20,000 bases of DNA, from IMG/VR virus record IMGVR_UViG_3300031996_000002. One strand, given 5' to 3'. The notes under the pieces were generated by a model. It saw only the letters and a list, made by a program, of their open reading frames with translations, ran no database searches and was not told the DNA's origin. Positions 8,244-14,457 of the stretch are shown here, piece by piece. Both the position numbers and the translations under genes were made by a program. Every line of letters starts with the position of its first letter. Within the stretch, counting starts at the first letter, position 1. Source of the stretch: an uncultured virus (IMG/VR IMGVR_UViG_3300031996_000002). Lineage: Duplodnaviria > Heunggongvirae > Uroviricota > Caudoviricetes.

Positions 8244-10174
8244 CTCTTTGCCTTCTTCTTGGTCTTGGGCGGGGTGACACCGTTGCGGGCCTTGATCTTG
8301 GCCTCGCGCTCCTTGCGCTTGAGCTCGGCTTCCTTGAGCCTGGTCTCCCGCGCCGCGTCGGCGTCCTTGCCCTGCTGGTCGCGCTTGAAGTCGGCGTCCT
8401 TGGCCTGCTGGTCGCGGGCGTGGTCGCGCTCCTTCATGGCCTGGTCGACCTGCTTGCCCTGCAGGTCCAGCTCGCGGCTCTGCTGGTCGTTGGCGGCCTG
8501 GGCCTGGGCGTTGGGGTCCTGGGCCTGCAGCTGCATCTGGGCCTGCTGCTGCTGCAGCTCCGTCTGCTGCTGCTGGGCCATCTGCTGGGCCTGGGAGGCC
8601 TGCACCTCGGGGTGCATCGCGGCCCGGGCCTGACCCACCTGCTCGTTGACCGCCTGGTCGGTGGCCATCGCCTCGTTGGGCTGCTCGGCACTCATCGCGG
8701 CCTGCTGCGGGCTGTGCCCCTGGGCCACCAGCTGCTCCTGCTGGGCCATGCCCTCCAGGTCCATGTTGGACTGGGCGTAGTTCATCAGGTTGTTCTGGGA
8801 GGCCATCTGGCGGCGCAGGTCCAGCACCTGCTCGGGCATCTCGGGCAGGTGGGCGGTCTCGCGCAGGAACTTCTCCAGGTCGGGGTCGGGGAAGAACTCC
8901 ATCCCCAGGCCCGCCATCTGGGTCATGAACTGCCCCAGCTGGGCCAGGTCGGGCGGGTCGACGTTGTTCGGCACGATCCGCGGCAGCTCGTCCAGCTTCC
9001 AGGCGTTGAGCTCGAACAGCCGGGGGATGGCGTGCCGGTTGAAGGTGTCGGCGATGGCCTCGGCGATGGTGTTCAGCGCGGCCCGGAAGATGCCGGTCTT
9101 GTCCACGTGCATCGAGTAGGAGCCGACCCCCTCGTGGCCGACCAGGATGAAGTCGGCCAGGGTGGTCATCAGGATGCGCTGCTCGTAGCGCTGGATGATC
9201 GCCGAGGTGTCGAAGCTGCGCGCCCCACCCGAGCTCATCAGCTCGAAGTCGAACATCGGCTGCTTGGTGACCGGGTCGTACTCCAGCGGCAGCACCAGGC
9301 CCTCGTGCTCGTCGCGGCGCACGTTCTGGACCATCCGCTTGAAGGCCTGGAAGGCGTTGTTCTCCCGGGTGCCCTTGGCGGCGTTCATGTAGGAGCTGGG
9401 CACCTTGGCCACCGGCATACCGGCCAGGTCCCGCTCGACGCCGATCGCCTCGAACTCCTCCAGGCGCTTCTTCATGAACCACGGCCGGTAGGAGTTGCGC
9501 AGCAGGCTGCGGCCCTCGGGGTTGCCCTTGTGCAGCCCGGTGCGGAACAGCAGCGACTTGTTGATCGGCAGCACCGTGGTGTCGTAGTACGGCGGGGCGA
9601 TCTGGACCATGGCCTGCACGCCGCCGGTCTCATCGAACATCCAGCGCAGCAGGGTCTCCTGGGACCGGATCGGGATCTTGCGCCAGCCGATCTTGCCGTC
9701 GGTGAACTTGGAGCGCTTGGAGGGGTCCTTCTCCCAGGGCCCGATCCGCTTCTTGTAGACGATCTCGTGCCAGGACCAGCCGTAGACCAGGCAGGACAGG
9801 ATCTCGGAGATCAGGTCGCCCCAGGTGTGCGACATGTCGTCCATGCACTCTTCGAGGAAGTCCGATGCCGCGGTGGCCTCGGGGGTGGTGTCGGAGGACT
9901 CCACCCGCCAGGAGACCTGGCGCAGCAGCTTCTCGATGGCGAACAGCAGCGCCCCCACCATGGGGTCGTTGTCGCTCATCTCGCGGTAGACCTTGACCGC
10001 CTTGCGGCCACGCAGCGCGGGCAGGAACTCCTCGTCGATGATCCCGCTGGCCCGCTTCAGGCCGGTGCCGCCCAGCTCGGCAAAGGGCATGGCGGGCACC
10101 CCGCCAGAGGCCTGCGGGTCGCTTTGGTCGTCGTAGCGCAGGACGTCGGCGTAGTTCATTTGCTGATCAGGCAC
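8240..10174 (-). CDS. Portal protein (DUF935/Mu gp29-like) with a long Gln/Ala-rich charged C-terminal extension (644 aa)
   Basis: YREMSDNDP, YGWSWHEIVY, GNPEGRSLLR...W..K...E...ER...GMP, GSYS motifs; GTG start with AGGAG; downstream of the terminase. Confidence 0.88.
   Translation of the reverse strand: MPDQQMNYADVLRYDDQSDPQASGGVPAMPFAELGGTGLKRASGIIDEEFLPALRGRKAVKVYREMSDNDPMVGALLFAIEKLLRQVSWRVESSDTTPEATAASDFLEECMDDMSHTWGDLISEILSCLVYGWSWHEIVYKKRIGPWEKDPSKRSKFTDGKIGWRKIPIRSQETLLRWMFDETGGVQAMVQIAPPYYDTTVLPINKSLLFRTGLHKGNPEGRSLLRNSYRPWFMKKRLEEFEAIGVERDLAGMPVAKVPSSYMNAAKGTRENNAFQAFKRMVQNVRRDEHEGLVLPLEYDPVTKQPMFDFELMSSGGARSFDTSAIIQRYEQRILMTTLADFILVGHEGVGSYSMHVDKTGIFRAALNTIAEAIADTFNRHAIPRLFELNAWKLDELPRIVPNNVDPPDLAQLGQFMTQMAGLGMEFFPDPDLEKFLRETAHLPEMPEQVLDLRRQMASQNNLMNYAQSNMDLEGMAQQEQLVAQGHSPQQAAMSAEQPNEAMATDQAVNEQVGQARAAMHPEVQASQAQQMAQQQQTELQQQQAQMQLQAQDPNAQAQAANDQQSRELDLQGKQVDQAMKERDHARDQQAKDADFKRDQQGKDADAARETRLKEAELKRKEREAKIKARNGVTPPKTKKKAKR
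8357..8416 (-). repeat. Imperfect direct repeat with a 33-nt period in the portal tail (RDQQAKDAD / RDQQGKDAD)
   Basis: gtcggcgtccttgccctgctggtcgcg at 8357-8383 and gtcggcgtccttggcctgctggtcgcg at 8390-8416. Confidence 0.8.
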
Positions 10175-10334
10175 GGCTCTCCTCGGTCTCTTCCATCCTC
10201 TCCGGACTCACCACCCAAGCCTGGGAGGCAGCCCGGACCGCCAGCGCCCACAACTGCCCGGCGCAGCAGGCATGACCCTCGGCGTAGTGCTCCCAGCCCT
10301 TGGCCTGGAGCTGCTCGCTGATGGTCCTAGGCAT
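10167..10334 (-). CDS. Small hypothetical protein (55 aa)
   Basis: Below the track cutoff. MPRTISEQLQAKGWEHYAEGHACCAGQLWALAVRAASQAWVVSPERMEETEESRA; 8-nt overlaps at both ends (ATGCCTAG, GTGCCTGA). Confidence 0.6.
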   Translation of the reverse strand: MPRTISEQLQAKGWEHYAEGHACCAGQLWALAVRAASQAWVVSPERMEETEESRA

Positions 10335-10473
10335 AGCGCTGGGCCACTGCTTGGGCCCGGCGCTGGATGGCCAGCATCAGCTCCTGGAACAAGATGAGGT
10401 AGACCTCACCCATCAGTTGAGCGGCGTTGACGACGGCGACGGCGGCGAGGTGAGTCTTGTCCTTCATGCCCAT
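10327..10473 (-). CDS. Small helical hypothetical protein (48 aa; alternative start 10467)
   Basis: MGMKDKTHLAAVAVVNAAQLMGEVYLILFQELMLAIQRRAQAVAQRYA; its stop overlaps the next ATG. Confidence 0.55.
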   Translation of the reverse strand: MGMKDKTHLAAVAVVNAAQLMGEVYLILFQELMLAIQRRAQAVAQRYA

Positions 10474-10488
10474 AGTGTCGCCACACGC

Positions 10489-10523
10489 AGAAGACCCCCT
10501 AGGCGTGAGCTAGGGGGTCCTCT
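10489..10523 (-). terminator. Probable intrinsic terminator hairpin
   Basis: Perfect 10-bp stem GACCCCCTAG (10493-10502) / CTAGGGGGTC (10510-10519) with a 7-nt loop, intergenic; only a weak U-tract (TTCTGCGT) follows on the minus strand. Confidence 0.7.
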
Positions 10524-10589
10524 ACACCCAGGCCGATGGGCAGCGGGTCCTCGGCCTGAGGATCCTGTGGAGGGGGATCTAGCCGGAGG

Positions 10590-10868
10590 CTAGGCCCTGG
10601 TGGCGGCACCGTCAAGGCGCACCCGGGCGTAGACGGTCTTGCCGCTCTCGCGCAGGGCGCTGGTGGTCTCCACGTCGCCCTCCTTGCGCAGCTGGCGCAG
10701 CACCGAGTTGGCCTCGCTGGAGCTGGGGATCTCGAAGGAGACCCAGCGGCCTTGAGCCAGCCGGACGGCGGTGATGAACGGGTCGATGTCCACCAACGGG
10801 CGCCGCCCCCGACGGCGGGGCACGAAGCCCTCGGCCATCATCTTGGTGCGGGTCTGTGGTGCGCCCAT
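10590..10868 (-). CDS. Small basic hypothetical protein, possibly DNA-binding (92 aa)
   Basis: AAGGAG upstream; Arg-rich PRRRGRRP followed by an alpha/beta pattern ending VYARV. Confidence 0.7.
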   Translation of the reverse strand: MGAPQTRTKMMAEGFVPRRRGRRPLVDIDPFITAVRLAQGRWVSFEIPSSSEANSVLRQLRKEGDVETTSALRESGKTVYARVRLDGAATRA

Positions 10869-10870
10869 CG

Positions 10871-11080
10871 CTACTCCTTGTGGTGCCGGTACCCCATGTG
10901 TCTCAGGATGGAGATCTGGTTCTTCCAGCTGCGGTGGTCGCCAGGAGTCCCGCCCAGAAATGCCACCCTCTCTCCGTCTGGAGAATACACCTTAAAGTGG
11001 TTCTTCTTGGTCTGTGTGACCTTGAAACCCTGTTTTTGCAAGCTCTTGACGAGCTTTCGTTGTTCGGTGAACCCCGCCAT
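10871..11080 (-). CDS. HicA-like (dsRBD-fold) toxin/RNase (69 aa)
   Basis: ATG at 11080 in TGATG overlap. RKLVKSLQKQGFKVTQTKKNHFKVYSPDGERVAFLGGTPGDHRSWKNQISILRHMGY fits helix-GF-strand-His-strand-strand-helix. More A/T-rich codons than its neighbours. Confidence 0.7.
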   Translation of the reverse strand: MAGFTEQRKLVKSLQKQGFKVTQTKKNHFKVYSPDGERVAFLGGTPGDHRSWKNQISILRHMGYRHHKE

Positions 11081-11349
11081 CACCAGTGCCCAAGGCCCTC
11101 GGGCAGCCACGTGGTGGCCACGCGGCGAGGGCTGATCACCGGCTCCCCGTCGCGCAGCTGGGGGTTGCCATCGGGGCCCGGGTCGTAGACGTAGTACACC
11201 AGGATGACCTTGGCGCCCTCGTGCTCTAGGTCGAAGCCCGCGCAGGTCTCTAGGTTCACCCCGTGGTCGGTCAGCCACGCCTGGATGCCCACCTTGCGGG
11301 AGAAGTCCTGGTAGTGCAGCCAGGCGGGGCTGAACCGGGGTTCGGGCAT
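11080..11349 (-). CDS. Hypothetical protein (89 aa)
   Basis: ATG at 11349 (MPEPRFSPAW...) lies just after the upstream stop; TAGAGT sits 7 nt upstream; the stop is coupled to the HicA-like gene. Confidence 0.7.
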   Translation of the reverse strand: MPEPRFSPAWLHYQDFSRKVGIQAWLTDHGVNLETCAGFDLEHEGAKVILVYYVYDPGPDGNPQLRDGEPVISPRRVATTWLPEGLGHW

Positions 11350-11359
11350 GGGCTCGACT

Positions 11360-11662
11360 CTAGACGCCCGGCTGGAGGTTGCAGCCCTCCCGGTAGAGCT
11401 CCTCGCCCACCTCACGAGCCAGCTTGGCGCCCAGCTTGTAGATGGTCTTGTGCTCCCCAGCGCCGATGATCAGCCGGACCTCGGTGTCGGTGCGTTGCAC
11501 CTCCACGGTGACCTGTCCGCCCTTCATGGCTGCCCTTCGCTTGAGCCGGTTGACACCTTCAGTGTCGTCGGCCTGTACAGCCCGTAGATGGTTCACGACG
11601 TCTTGGTAGACCGCGTCGCTGGTGAGGAACTGGGGGTCATTCCACGGTTGAGAGTTGTCCAC
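11360..11662 (-). CDS. Hypothetical protein (100 aa)
   Basis: GTG start with AGGAG; codon usage like neighbouring genes. Confidence 0.7.
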   Translation of the reverse strand: MDNSQPWNDPQFLTSDAVYQDVVNHLRAVQADDTEGVNRLKRRAAMKGGQVTVEVQRTDTEVRLIIGAGEHKTIYKLGAKLAREVGEELYREGCNLQPGV

Positions 11663-11823
11663 TTCGTCTCCTGGTAGTCCTGCTCCGACATGTGCATCGC
11701 GGCGTAGGCCAGCATCAGGCGCATCAGCTCGGTGACGGTCACGTCCAGCGACTTGGCCTTGTCGGTGATCCAGGCGGCCTGCTCCGGCTTGGCCCGCATC
11801 CCCAACACGGTGGTCCTGCTCAT
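11593..11823 (-). CDS. Putative ribbon-helix-helix DNA-binding protein (76 aa)
   Basis: TVLGMRAKPEQAAWITDKAKSLDVTVTELMRLML shows a strand-helix-turn-helix pattern; a promoter and a palindrome lie directly upstream. Confidence 0.65.
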   Translation of the reverse strand: MSRTTVLGMRAKPEQAAWITDKAKSLDVTVTELMRLMLAYAAMHMSEQDYQETKWTTLNRGMTPSSSPATRSTKTS

Positions 11824-11829
11824 ACCTCG

Positions 11830-11858
11830 ACCCTAGTCCTTACTGTTAACGTTAACAA
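11830..11858 (-). promoter_or_regulatory. Sigma70/SigA-type leaderless promoter with an overlapping 14-bp palindromic operator
   Basis: TTGTTA-N17-TAGGGT-N6-ATG. Perfect palindrome TGTTAACGTTAACA (11844-11857) overlaps the -35 box in an A/T-rich intergenic patch. Confidence 0.7.
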
Positions 11859-11865
11859 CCTGGTC

Positions 11866-12090
11866 TCACTCGAACAGCGAGGGGGTCTGCTGGCGCAGCT
11901 GGTAGATCCGGCTGTTCACCGCGCTGGGCTTGATCCCCAGCACCTGGGACAGCACCCCGGCGCTGATCCCGGCCTCCTTGGCGGCCAGGGTCAACCGGTC
12001 CACCTCGGCCCGGGCCTTGGACTCGGCCCAGTGCTGGTGACGCAGCTCGGTGAGCAGGTCGTGTTGGGTCTGGCTCAGCTCAACTGCCAA
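11866..12090 (-). CDS. Helix-turn-helix protein (74 aa)
   Basis: TTG start with GGAGG 7 nt upstream; AAKEAGISAGVLSQVLGIKPSAVNSRI HTH pattern. This is the real part of track ORF 11866..12723. Confidence 0.75.
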   Translation of the reverse strand: MAVELSQTQHDLLTELRHQHWAESKARAEVDRLTLAAKEAGISAGVLSQVLGIKPSAVNSRIYQLRQQTPSLFE

Positions 12091-14321
12091 CTCAGGTCCT
12101 CCGTCTCGGTGGAGCGCACGTCGCCCTCGGGACGCCAGTGCGAGGAGCCATGCAGGTGCTCGGTGCCCTGCTCGATCTGGCGGGCCATCCAGGTGGTGTC
12201 GGTGCGTGGCAGGCCCACCGGGGAGACCACCGGGAACTTGTGGCTGACCAGCTTCCAGGCCAGTGCCGCGCTGCACACGCTGTCGGGCAGGTGGTAGTCC
12301 TTGCCCCGGGAGTACAGGTCCTCCACCGAGGCGTACAGGTGGTCGCGGTACATGCTGCCGATCCGCGGGGCGACGATCTTGCCGTTCTCCACCCCGGTGA
12401 CGTACTCGGACAGCATGTCGTCTCGCTCGCGCCCGGCCATCACGAAGTCGCGCACCCGGCCGTCGATCAGGTCGGAGACCACCCGGCCCAGCCCGGTGGC
12501 GTCGTGGATGCCCTGGGCCCGGTAGCGCTTCTGCAGGTCGTTGAACTTGCCGATCATCTTGGGGTAGGGCAGCCGGTTGAAGGACACGAAGTAGACCATC
12601 TCGATGGGCTCGTAGGTCACATCCCAGACACTGATGACCGTCTTGTCCACGGCCTGGGCCCAGTCCGCGGCGATGACGTAGTCCCGGTCGTCCTTGGGGT
12701 CGGCGGTCTTGTACTCCTCCCACTCCCGGCTGGACTTGATCGGCTCGGGGCAGGGCAGGGAGAAGACCTGCTCGACCGAGGAGGAGTCGAAGGCACGGTT
12801 GCCGATGGAGGGCTCGCCCAGCTCGTACTCCACCCGCCAGCGCTCCCGGGAGACCTCGCGCTTCTTCTGGGTGACGAACTCCTCGGACAGCCAGCCGTCC
12901 TTGGCGTACATGGTGTCCAGGTAGCAGTTGTGGACCACCACGCCCTCGGCCACGAACTCGTGGTCTTCTTCCACCCCAATGTCCCAGACCGGTACGGTAG
13001 CACCATGACTGATACCGAGAACCGTATGCGTGGTCAAGCTCGGGTACGGCAGTCCATCTCGATCGACATGAACGGCTGTTGGCTGTGGATCGGAGCTAGA
13101 GACAAGGACGGCTACGGGATCGTCAACCGCAAGACCTGGGGGCATGCCAAGGCCCATCGGCTGTCCTACGCCTGTTTCATCGGCCCCATCGATGGGGAGA
13201 TCGACCACCTGTGTCGAGTCCACGCTTGTGTCAACCCCAGCCACCTGGAGGACACGAGCCATCGGACGAACATGCTCCGCGCACCCCACATCGCCGCACA
13301 GCTGGCACGCACGCACTGCCCCCGGAACCATGAGTACACCCCGGAAAATACCTACGTGGCCCCCAGTGACAACCGCAGGCACTGCCGTACGTGCGTCCGA
13401 GAGCAGACCAAGAACTGGCGAGCTCGGCTCAAGGCTGTCGGCGCGGGCCCATCCTGAGGGGGTCGCCACCTTGTGCTCGGGAGTAAGTCGCAACGTCTTG
13501 CCGTTGCTCAGCTGGATGCTAATGGTGGTTTTGTAGCCCATCCGGCTGACGTGCTGGACAGGCTTCCACCCCCCTCGGGTGAGCATCTTGTCGGTGAGCA
13601 GCACGTCCTCGATGTTCTTGATCCCGGCCTGGGTGGTCACCTGGGTGCCCTCGGCCAGGGACCACTCCATGACCGGCAGGCCCTCGTCCTCGAACCGGGC
13701 CATCTCCTTCATCATGGTGCCGTCGGCGTACTGCAGCGTGGACACCATGGTGGTCTGCTGGGGGATGCGCACCCCGAGCCAGTTGTCCTGGGGCATCGGC
13801 TGGCCCTTGGCGGACTCCAGGATGTTCTCGTCCATCTCGTCGATCTCATCCAGCAGCAGCCGCTGCGGGTGCGGGCCACGCACGCTGCGCTCGGAGGCGG
13901 TCAGCGGGCGGATCACCGCGTCGTTGTGCAGCTCGATCCGGGTGGTCTGGTCCTTGCGGATCATGTACTTGGGCGCGCTGTGGAAGGACCACATCTTCTT
14001 CATGTGCTCCAGGGCGTTGATGGCCTGCATCTCCGAGCCACCCACGATGTTGTTGTCCGCCCCGAGCACCACCGCCTGGGTCAGCCCCAGGCAACTCATC
14101 ATCTGGGTCTTGCCGGACAGGCCTCGACTGCCACGCACCAGCACCTGGGGCTCACGGGCGAAGAAGGCCGTGGCGAAGGCGTCGAACGGCGCCTGGTGGT
14201 GCGGGCAGTGCTTGCCGCGGGGGATGGTCACGTTCCACAGCGCCTGGACCAAGGAGTAGAGCTCGTCGTCATTCCTGGGCGGCCGGGTCAGCTGATAGGA
14301 GCTGGGGAACGTGACCGTCAT
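12075..14321 (-). CDS. terL: Terminase large subunit precursor containing an intein (748 aa; 503 aa after splicing)
   Basis: Walker A GSRGLSGKT, Walker B LLLDEID, motif III VST; nuclease motifs IAADWA..D, HDATGLG, HLPDS. Spliced junction reads PVMEW-CYLDT. Confidence 0.92.
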   Translation of the reverse strand: MTVTFPSSYQLTRPPRNDDELYSLVQALWNVTIPRGKHCPHHQAPFDAFATAFFAREPQVLVRGSRGLSGKTQMMSCLGLTQAVVLGADNNIVGGSEMQAINALEHMKKMWSFHSAPKYMIRKDQTTRIELHNDAVIRPLTASERSVRGPHPQRLLLDEIDEMDENILESAKGQPMPQDNWLGVRIPQQTTMVSTLQYADGTMMKEMARFEDEGLPVMEWSLAEGTQVTTQAGIKNIEDVLLTDKMLTRGGWKPVQHVSRMGYKTTISIQLSNGKTLRLTPEHKVATPSGWARADSLEPSSPVLGLLSDARTAVPAVVTGGHVGIFRGVLMVPGAVRACQLCGDVGCAEHVRPMARVLQVAGVDTSVDSTQVVDLPIDGADETGVGQPMGLGMPPGLAVDDPVAVLVSSSDPQPTAVHVDRDGLPYPSLTTHTVLGISHGATVPVWDIGVEEDHEFVAEGVVVHNCYLDTMYAKDGWLSEEFVTQKKREVSRERWRVEYELGEPSIGNRAFDSSSVEQVFSLPCPEPIKSSREWEEYKTADPKDDRDYVIAADWAQAVDKTVISVWDVTYEPIEMVYFVSFNRLPYPKMIGKFNDLQKRYRAQGIHDATGLGRVVSDLIDGRVRDFVMAGRERDDMLSEYVTGVENGKIVAPRIGSMYRDHLYASVEDLYSRGKDYHLPDSVCSAALAWKLVSHKFPVVSPVGLPRTDTTWMARQIEQGTEHLHGSSHWRPEGDVRSTETEDLSWQLS
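12993..12998 (+). promoter_or_regulatory. Candidate -10 element for leaderless expression of the antisense HNH gene
   Basis: TACGGT (TANNNT), then 6 nt, then the ATG at 13005; no SD. Same geometry as upstream of terL and the RHH gene. No clear -35. Confidence 0.5.
13005..13457 (+). CDS. HNH homing endonuclease with a C-terminal Cys/His zinc-binding motif (150 aa), nested antisense within the terL intein
   Basis: GCWLWIG..DKDGYG, AHRLSY..FIGPI, IDHLCRVHACVNPSHLE..SHRTN, then HCPRNHEYTPENT..RHCRTC. Aligns motif by motif with the free-standing HNH ending at 19234. Confidence 0.92.
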   Translation: MTDTENRMRGQARVRQSISIDMNGCWLWIGARDKDGYGIVNRKTWGHAKAHRLSYACFIGPIDGEIDHLCRVHACVNPSHLEDTSHRTNMLRAPHIAAQLARTHCPRNHEYTPENTYVAPSDNRRHCRTCVREQTKNWRARLKAVGAGPS

Positions 14322-14327
14322 GTTTAC

Positions 14328-14333
14328 AGTCTA
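14328..14333 (-). promoter_or_regulatory. Candidate -10 element for a leaderless terL transcript
   Basis: TAGACT-GTAAAC-ATG; no SD before the terL start; no clear -35. Confidence 0.5.
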
Positions 14334-14342
14334 TCCACCCTG

Positions 14343-14438
14343 TCAGCCGATCTTGATCGGGTGTCCCACCAGCAGGAACAGCAGCAGGATCAAGATGACC
14401 ACGACGATGAACCAGACAAAGCCCGGAACTTGGCGCAT
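14343..14438 (-). CDS. 31-aa single-pass membrane peptide
   Basis: Strong GAGGAGG SD; MRQVPGFVWFIVVVILILLLFLLVGHPIKIG; fills the gap between the tail gene and terL. Confidence 0.75.
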   Translation of the reverse strand: MRQVPGFVWFIVVVILILLLFLLVGHPIKIG

Positions 14439-14457
14439 GGGTTAGCCCTCCTCTCTC

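Larger units (their letters stand above)
12927..13661 (-). mobile_element. Intein (245 aa) in terL
   Basis: Block A SLAEGTQVTT (Ser1 at 13659-13661), G.K.IEDV, block B LRLTPEHKV, GW..A..L, block F VPVWDIGVEEDHEF, block G AEGVVVHN followed by Cys+1 (12924-12926). Confidence 0.95.

Noticed and set aside
45..10321. Long + strand ORFs (45..1568, 1602..3134, 3064..4257, 4584..5762, 8420..10321 and others)
   Set aside because: Antisense shadows of high-GC minus-strand genes: mostly in-register, rich in L/G/V/A/H, with no motifs or SD. Only 13005-13457 has a real domain signature.
11360..11823. Programmed frameshift fusing the RHH gene to the overlapping 100-aa ORF
   Set aside because: No slippery sequence seen in the 70-nt overlap, and the downstream ORF has its own AGGAG and GTG.
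2792..12723. Long N-terminal extensions of track ORFs 2792..4243, 7644..9482, 10871..11278 and 11866..12723
   Set aside because: Off-frame R/P/G-rich read-through over real genes. The true starts are the coupled or SD-supported codons at 3043, 8243, 11080 and 12090.
12138..13004. Upstream 289 codons of the + strand track ORF 12138..13457
   Set aside because: Shadow of the terL C-extein and intein end. HNH similarity begins only after the ATG at 13005.
13005..13457. Group I intron explanation for the terL insert
   Set aside because: The minus-strand frame is open throughout and bounded by complete intein motifs, so protein splicing is sufficient.
14347..14360. Inverted repeat CCGATC-TT-GATCGG upstream of terL
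   Set aside because: Only 6 bp with a 2-nt spacer, inside a coding region (PIKIG) and with no U-tract. Could be a binding site but is unsupported.
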